NCBI GenBank assembly: GCA_051746725.1
Contig: JBNJFI010000014.1
Location: forward strand, 1-30,538
Length of the DNA: 30,538 nucleotides
Origin: Fusobacteriota bacterium
GTDB lineage: Bacteria > Fusobacteriota > Fusobacteriia > Fusobacteriales > JBNJFI01
Direction of reading: 5' to 3'
The position numbers were made by a program, and so were the translations under genes. This document shows positions 25,036 through 30,538 of this stretch, piece after piece. Below the pieces are notes generated by a model that was not told where the DNA came from, made no database searches, and worked only from the letters and a program-made list of their open reading frames with translations. How positions within the stretch are numbered: the first letter of the stretch is position 1; each line of letters starts with the position of its first letter.

Positions 25036-26202
25036 CTATGATTTTTTATCTTTTAATTCTTTTACAAATTCTGCTATTTTCGTTACTGCTAATTTTATTT
25101 CTTCTATTGAAGTAGCATATGAACATCTAATATGGTATTTAAAATCCTCTCCAAAAGCTGTTCCAGGAACTACTGCTACATTTTTTGCTTCTAATAATTG
25201 AACTGCAAATTCTTCTCCTGTAAGACCTGTACTTTTAACACTTGGATATACATACATTGCCCCTTTAGATTCTGATACTTCCAAACCAGCATCTTGTAAA
25301 CTCTTTGAAATTAGTCTTCGTCTTCTATTATAAGAACCTCTCATTTTTTCTACATTTTTCATCCCATTTTTTAAAGCTTCTATAGCACCATACTGACTCA
25401 TTATTGGAGCACATAAAGTTGTATATTGGTGTATCTTTATTATTTGATCTATTAAATTTTTTGGAGCTGCTAAATAACCTATTCTCCATCCAGTCATGGA
25501 AAAAGCTTTAGAGAATCCATTGAGATATATTGTTCTCTCTTTCATTCCATCTATTGAAGCAATGGAGTTATGCTGATGTTCATAGGTTAACTCAGAATAT
25601 ATTTCATCAGTTATACATAAAATATCTTTTTTGATAATAACATCTGCTAGTTTTTCCAATTCTCTTCGAGTTAATGTTTTACCTGTTGGATTATTTGGAT
25701 AATTTAACACAACTGCTTTTGTTTTCTCTGTTATATTTTTTTCTAAATCTTCTGGAGTTAATTTGAAATCAGTTTTTTCTGTATTGATCGAAACTATTTT
25801 AGCTCCTTGTAAAGTTCCTAGAGGTTTATAAGGCACATAAACTGGTTCTGGTAGTATTATTTCATCACCAGGATTTATTAAAGTTCGCAATGCCAAATCT
25901 ATTCCTTCACTTCCACCAACTGTAGCTATTATTTCATTTGGTGCATAATCCAAATTATATTTTCCTAAATATTCAGAAACCCGTTCTCTTAATTCTAACA
26001 GTCCATTATTGGAAGTATAATGTGTTTCACCTCTTTCCATATAATAAAAAGCTTCTTCTATTATATGCCATGGAGTAGGAAAGTCAGGTTCTCCAACTCC
26101 TAAAGAAATTACCCCTTCCTTTTCTTGAACAATATCAAAAAATTTTCTAATTCCAGAAGGTTTTATTTTGCGCAAACGTTCTGCGACTTTATTTAAATCC
26201 AT
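25036..26202 (-). CDS. PLP-dependent class I/II aminotransferase (YugH/AlaT-like; aspartate aminotransferase candidate)
   Basis: SGIRKFFD, SLGVGEPDF, NYPNNPTG, DEIYSEL and NGFSKAFSMTGWRIG (PLP-binding Lys). Confidence 0.9.
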   Translation of the reverse strand: MDLNKVAERLRKIKPSGIRKFFDIVQEKEGVISLGVGEPDFPTPWHIIEEAFYYMERGETHYTSNNGLLELRERVSEYLGKYNLDYAPNEIIATVGGSEGIDLALRTLINPGDEIILPEPVYVPYKPLGTLQGAKIVSINTEKTDFKLTPEDLEKNITEKTKAVVLNYPNNPTGKTLTRRELEKLADVIIKKDILCITDEIYSELTYEHQHNSIASIDGMKERTIYLNGFSKAFSMTGWRIGYLAAPKNLIDQIIKIHQYTTLCAPIMSQYGAIEALKNGMKNVEKMRGSYNRRRRLISKSLQDAGLEVSESKGAMYVYPSVKSTGLTGEEFAVQLLEAKNVAVVPGTAFGEDFKYHIRCSYATSIEEIKLAVTKIAEFVKELKDKKS

Positions 26203-26684
26203 TATGGCATCACCTTAATTCTATTGTCTTTTTTGTTCTTAGGAATCATACTAATACCATTTTCTTTATATTTTTTAAGTAAAAAATGCGTATCTGTTGC
26301 ATTTACATATTTTAGAGTAGCTAATTTATTAGAAACAAAATTGGCAATTTCTTTAAGTGATTTACCTTCAACCATTAGTAATAAGTCATATTTTCCAGAC
26401 ATCAGATAAAAAGATCTTACCTCTTTAAATCTATAAATTCTTTCTGCTATAGAATCAAATCCCTTTCCTCTTTCTGTATTTACATCTAATTCTATAAAGG
26501 CTGTCACTTTTTCTTCTTCCCATTTTTCTTCATTTATTACAGTAGTATATTTTAAGATGATATTATCATCTTCTAATTTTTTTATTTTTTTTTGAATTTC
26601 TTCCTCTGGCTTATTTAGCATAACAGCTATGTCCTTAACTGTTGCTCGGGAATCCTCTTTTAAAATTTCAATTATCTTTTCCAT
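26202..26684 (-). CDS. Lrp/AsnC-family transcriptional regulator (YugG/AlaR-like)
   Basis: N-terminal HTH (ILKEDSRATVKDIAVML...IKKLEDDNII), then YLMSGKYDL and THFLLKKYKENG. Its stop overlaps the aminotransferase start by 1 bp. Confidence 0.92.
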   Translation of the reverse strand: MEKIIEILKEDSRATVKDIAVMLNKPEEEIQKKIKKLEDDNIILKYTTVINEEKWEEEKVTAFIELDVNTERGKGFDSIAERIYRFKEVRSFYLMSGKYDLLLMVEGKSLKEIANFVSNKLATLKYVNATDTHFLLKKYKENGISMIPKNKKDNRIKVMP

Positions 26685-26717
26685 AAATCCTCCCTATAAA
26701 AAGTTATTTTAATTAAA

Positions 26718-28019
26718 TTAATTTAATATCTTTAACATTATTGAATTATCTATTATTATATTTTTGTTTTTCTTAAGTTCTTTAAAAGAGTTAGATAAAT
26801 TCCCTTTTTTGATTTCATGAGTTATTATAATTAAAGTTGTTTCTCCATTTTTATTACTTTTATTTGGATGTTGGTCCACTGTTTTTATACTTATTTCATT
26901 TTCTTGGAAATTTTTAGTTACAGTTGCTAATACTCCTGGTATATCTTTCACTGTTAATCGGATATAATACTCAGAATAAACTTCATTACTATCTTTTACT
27001 TCAAGTTTTGTACTCGTATCATAATGGTATTCACCCTTTGGAGTATTTTCAGAAATATCTTCTGTAGCAAGCTTAACAACATCTCCCACAACTGCACTTC
27101 CAGTTGGTTTCATCCCTGCCCCTTTTCCATAAAACATAGTCTTTCCAACATAATCTCCTACTATTTCTACTGAATTATAAACTCCGTTAACATTTGCAAG
27201 TATTTCATTTTTATTAATTAAAGTTGGCTCAACTGATATATTTATTTTCTCATTTTCCTTTTTTGCGCATGCTAATAATTTTATCTCATATCCTAACTTT
27301 TTTGCAAAAGTGGTATCTATTTTAGATATTTCAGTTATTCCTTTTACATAAATGTCTTTTAGATCTATATATCCGCCATAAGCTAGAGATGCAAGTATTG
27401 AAATTTTATGAGCAGTATCTATTCCCTCTATATCAAATGTTGGATCAGCCTCAGCATATCCTAGTCTTTGTGCTTCTTTTAAGACTTTTTTGAATTCCAC
27501 CCCATTTTGTGACATCTCTGTTAATATATAATTAGCTGTTCCATTTATAATCCCTTTTATACTTAATAGATTATTACCAACTAAAGATTCTTGAAGAGGT
27601 GTAATAACTGGAATCCCTCCTCCTACACTTGCTTCATAATATATTTTTACATTATTTTCATCTGCCAATTCAAAAAGCTCTTTTCCATATTTTGCAATTA
27701 AAGCTTTATTAGCAGTTACAACATGTTTTTTATTTTTTAATGCAGTTTCAATTATATCTTTTGCAATAGTATATCCACCTATTAATTCTACTACAATTGA
27801 AATATCATCATCATTCATTATATCCATATAGTCTGTAGTTAATATTTCTTTATCAAAATCAAATCCAAATGTTTTGTCTATATCTAAATCACAGGCCTTG
27901 GTTACATCCACCCAAACCCCTGTTTTTTTATGAATCATTTCTCTTTGTTGAGTTAGTATTTCCAATGTACCTTCTCCTACTGTACCTAACCCAATGATTC
28001 CCACTTCTACTTTTCTCAT
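26718..28019 (-). CDS. hom: Homoserine dehydrogenase with C-terminal ACT domain
   Basis: GLGTVG, VVTANKA, YEASVGGGIP, GIINGTANYIL, GYAEADPTFDIEGID, GKGAG..PTGSAV and the ACT motif DIPGVLA. Confidence 0.96.
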   Translation of the reverse strand: MRKVEVGIIGLGTVGEGTLEILTQQREMIHKKTGVWVDVTKACDLDIDKTFGFDFDKEILTTDYMDIMNDDDISIVVELIGGYTIAKDIIETALKNKKHVVTANKALIAKYGKELFELADENNVKIYYEASVGGGIPVITPLQESLVGNNLLSIKGIINGTANYILTEMSQNGVEFKKVLKEAQRLGYAEADPTFDIEGIDTAHKISILASLAYGGYIDLKDIYVKGITEISKIDTTFAKKLGYEIKLLACAKKENEKINISVEPTLINKNEILANVNGVYNSVEIVGDYVGKTMFYGKGAGMKPTGSAVVGDVVKLATEDISENTPKGEYHYDTSTKLEVKDSNEVYSEYYIRLTVKDIPGVLATVTKNFQENEISIKTVDQHPNKSNKNGETTLIIITHEIKKGNLSNSFKELKKNKNIIIDNSIMLKILN

Positions 28020-28062
28020 AAATACCTCCTAATTAGATAAATTTACTTAGTTTATTAATTAT

Positions 28063-28091
28063 ATTATATCAAAAAACACCTATACTTTCAA
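28063..28091 (-). promoter_or_regulatory. Sigma-70 promoter with extended -10 for the hom-lrp-aminotransferase-lysC-asd operon
   Basis: Minus strand TTGAAA-N17-TATAAT with TG (tgatataat), and AGGAGG before the hom ATG. Confidence 0.7.
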
Positions 28092-28128
28092 GGAGTTTTG
28101 GATCACTCGAATAATACACTAACATAAA

Positions 28129-29865
28129 TTAACTCTGAATTGCCAATAAAGTTATATCATCATCAAAGTCAATCTGATTATCAACTTTTGACTGCATCAA
28201 CTCATAAATATTCTGCAAAAATTTCTCTCCATCTTCTTCAATATTTTCTCTTATTATTTTATAAAAATCTTTTTCACTCTTAATTCTTTTTTCTTCAATT
28301 AGGAATTCATAAATACCATCAGAATAAAAAAATAAAATCTCGTTATTTCCATTACTATTTAAAGAAACTCGCCTAGTTTCAAAATAAGCTTCTTCTAGTA
28401 ATCCAATAATAAATCCTCCTTCTGCTAAAAACTCCAAGCTTTTATCTGTTGTATCAATTTTTATTGGCGATGTCCCTCCTCCAAAACTATATACAAATTC
28501 TTTATTTTTTTTATCTACATATCCATAAGTTGTTGCAACAAATATATTCCCTTCTGCTATTTCTAATATACTCTCATTAAATCTTTGCATAAATTCCGAA
28601 GGCTCTATTATTCCTTCTTTTTTGATAATATTACTAAAAATATATTTTATTGCAGTTATATACAAGGCAGAAGATACTCCGTGACCAGAAACATCACAAA
28701 ATATAATTGCCACTTTGTCTTCATCTATTTCTACAAAATCAAAAAAGTCTCCACCTATAAAATTGAATGGATAATAATAGTACGAATATTTTAACTTTTG
28801 GCTCCAATAAGTCTTTCTTGGCAGTAATTTTTCAATAAATTCCTTGCTTTTATTTAGCTCTTCCCATACCAAATTATGTTTTTCTTCTAATTCAGATTCA
28901 CCTGGTAACACTTCTTGAACTTTTTTGATATCCTCTTCATTTTCTTCTTTATATTCAACTATGTCTACATTAGATTTTTCTGAATAAAAAACTAATTTTT
29001 CTAAAATTGAATATACTTCATTTACAGAATCAATTTTATTTATCCTGTATTCATCTAATATTATAAAGCCAATTGTAGGGAATAATTTTTGTGAATTAAA
29101 TTCTATATTTTTAATTCTATTAGAAATTCTTTTTATTACCTTTATAGTATACTTTTCTATTATTTCTGGTAATATTATCAAAAAAGTATTATGAGCAATT
29201 CTACCTAAAAGATCACTTCCTCGAACTGTCTCTGATAATATTTCCGATATCTTATATAAAATTTTACTGTCATTTATTAGATTTCCATATCGATCATTTA
29301 TCTTATCAATTCCATCAACTTTTAATATAGCTACTGAAAATGGCCGATTACTTCTTTTACTTCTTATAAACTCTTGGTTTAACTGTTTAGTAATATATTT
29401 TTTATTATATAAGTTTGATTTGGGATCTATGTTAACTTCGTCTTCATATTTTTTAGCTTTCATAATTAATTTTTTATTTTTTTCATTAATTTCTTTTATC
29501 TTTTCCATTAAGACTTTTTCTTTTTTTTCTAAAAGTTCCTTTTCTCTTTTTAATTTATTTATTGCCATATTATTATTTACAGTTTCAAAAATTTCAAATT
29601 CCTTATATGAATTTAAGATATAATCACTTATTTTATAATTATATTTATTCTTTATATTGTCTAATTTTGTCTCTTCCTCCATATTTATTAGTACAGGGCA
29701 ATCGTTATAATCTATTTTCGAAAGCTTATGTATATCTTTTTCCTTTACGATTATCATATCGATATCTTTGTTAAATTCTTCTTCACTAAATATCAGATTA
29801 TATTTTTCTTGTAAATTTTTATTAGATCTTATTGACTCACTTAAAACTAAAATTTTATCTTTCAT
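28129..29865 (-). CDS. Signalling protein: degenerate receiver-like N-terminus, coiled coil, degenerate GGDEF and SpoIIE/RsbU-type PP2C phosphatase
   Basis: GGDEF-fold markers DPKSNLYN and KINDRYG, with RGSD-LLGRI-AHNTF. PP2C motifs GGDFFD, DVSGHG, YSDGI and DDITL. Confidence 0.87.
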   Translation of the reverse strand: MKDKILVLSESIRSNKNLQEKYNLIFSEEEFNKDIDMIIVKEKDIHKLSKIDYNDCPVLINMEEETKLDNIKNKYNYKISDYILNSYKEFEIFETVNNNMAINKLKREKELLEKKEKVLMEKIKEINEKNKKLIMKAKKYEDEVNIDPKSNLYNKKYITKQLNQEFIRSKRSNRPFSVAILKVDGIDKINDRYGNLINDSKILYKISEILSETVRGSDLLGRIAHNTFLIILPEIIEKYTIKVIKRISNRIKNIEFNSQKLFPTIGFIILDEYRINKIDSVNEVYSILEKLVFYSEKSNVDIVEYKEENEEDIKKVQEVLPGESELEEKHNLVWEELNKSKEFIEKLLPRKTYWSQKLKYSYYYYPFNFIGGDFFDFVEIDEDKVAIIFCDVSGHGVSSALYITAIKYIFSNIIKKEGIIEPSEFMQRFNESILEIAEGNIFVATTYGYVDKKNKEFVYSFGGGTSPIKIDTTDKSLEFLAEGGFIIGLLEEAYFETRRVSLNSNGNNEILFFYSDGIYEFLIEEKRIKSEKDFYKIIRENIEEDGEKFLQNIYELMQSKVDNQIDFDDDITLLAIQS

Positions 29866-29890
29866 AGATCCCCCTTTTTTGATAAATAAA

Positions 29891-30508
29891 TTATTCTGAA
29901 ATTATAACCTTTCTTCCTTCTACTTGAATATTATTATGGCAAAAAAGATTAATTGCTTTTGAATATAGCTGGTGTTCAATGATATGGATCTTTTCTTCTA
30001 AAGTACTCAAGGTATCCTCATTAGAAATTTCTAAACTTTTTTGCAAAACAATTGGTCCACCATCCTTTGATTTATCAACGAAATGGACTGTTACTCCTGT
30101 TAATTTAACTCCATAATTATATGCTCGTTGGATTGCATCTAAGCCTTTAAAAGCAGGTAATAAAGATGGATGAATATTTAATATTTTATTTTTGAAATTA
30201 TCTACAAAAAAGTCAGATATCCACATCATATATCCCGCCAATACAACTAAATCAATATCCTTTTCTTTTAATATTTTAACTATTTTCTTATCATAATCTT
30301 CCCGGGATTTATAATTAGATCTATCTAAGTATAACGCTTCTATATTTTCCTTTTTTGCTCGTTCTAATACATAAGCACTTTTTTTATTACTTATTAAAAT
30401 TTTGATTTTTCCTTTTTTGATTTTTCCTTTTTTAATATTATCATTTATTGCTTGGAAATTACTACCGTTTCCAGATGCTAAAATGGCAATATTTAACTTT
30501 TTATTCAT
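29891..30508 (-). CDS. purN: Phosphoribosylglycinamide formyltransferase
   Basis: ASGNGSNFQA, LAGYM, NIHPSLLPAFKG, TGVTVHFV and DGGPI. Confidence 0.97.
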   Translation of the reverse strand: MNKKLNIAILASGNGSNFQAINDNIKKGKIKKGKIKILISNKKSAYVLERAKKENIEALYLDRSNYKSREDYDKKIVKILKEKDIDLVVLAGYMMWISDFFVDNFKNKILNIHPSLLPAFKGLDAIQRAYNYGVKLTGVTVHFVDKSKDGGPIVLQKSLEISNEDTLSTLEEKIHIIEHQLYSKAINLFCHNNIQVEGRKVIISE

Positions 30509-30538
30509 ATTATAACCTCCATAAATTACTTTTTATTA

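Noticed and set aside
28020..28128. T-box, lysine or SAM riboswitch, or leader peptide ahead of hom
   Set aside because: The predicted 5' leader is only about 35-40 nt, too short, with no T-box motif or terminator hairpin.
266..29774. Short plus-strand ORFs in the track (e.g. 266-568, 3183-3461, 18395-18700, 24010-24333)
   Set aside because: They lie antisense to well-supported genes, have no recognisable motifs, and show shadow-ORF composition.

Overview
Very AT-rich chromosomal window from an anaerobic, diderm (lpxK, mlaE, flgH/flgI), flagellated bacterium. The hslU-smc-lpxK-...-nadD gene order suggests Fusobacteriota, but this is inference and a diderm Firmicute is not excluded. There are 25 protein-coding genes, 24 of them on the minus strand. 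Reading in transcription order (right to left): purN; a degenerate-GGDEF/PP2C phosphatase; an aspartate-pathway operon (hom, Lrp regulator, PLP aminotransferase, lysC, asd); a carboxyltransferase-AccB fusion; nfnAB; a plus-strand diguanylate cyclase; hslU, smc, lpxK, a membrane-anchored GH57, PTS EIIA, nadD, a bioH-like esterase and bioC; then a perfect sigma-28 promoter ahead of flgF-flgH-flgI-flgJ, a circularly permuted SpoIVB/S55 protease and mlaE. No rRNA, tRNA, CRISPR array, transposase or prophage was seen. The most notable observations are: (1) a 233-bp non-autonomous element between flgI and flgJ, with terminal inverted repeats, a 10-bp target duplication and an internal REP-like doublet; (2) an OadA/PycB-type carboxyltransferase fused to a complete AccB that keeps its own internal RBS and ATG; (3) a probable c-di-GMP-sensing PP2C phosphatase; (4) a Zn-ribbon/TM/GH57 protein; (5) sigma-28 control of basal-body genes, possibly extending to the protease and the Mla permease.
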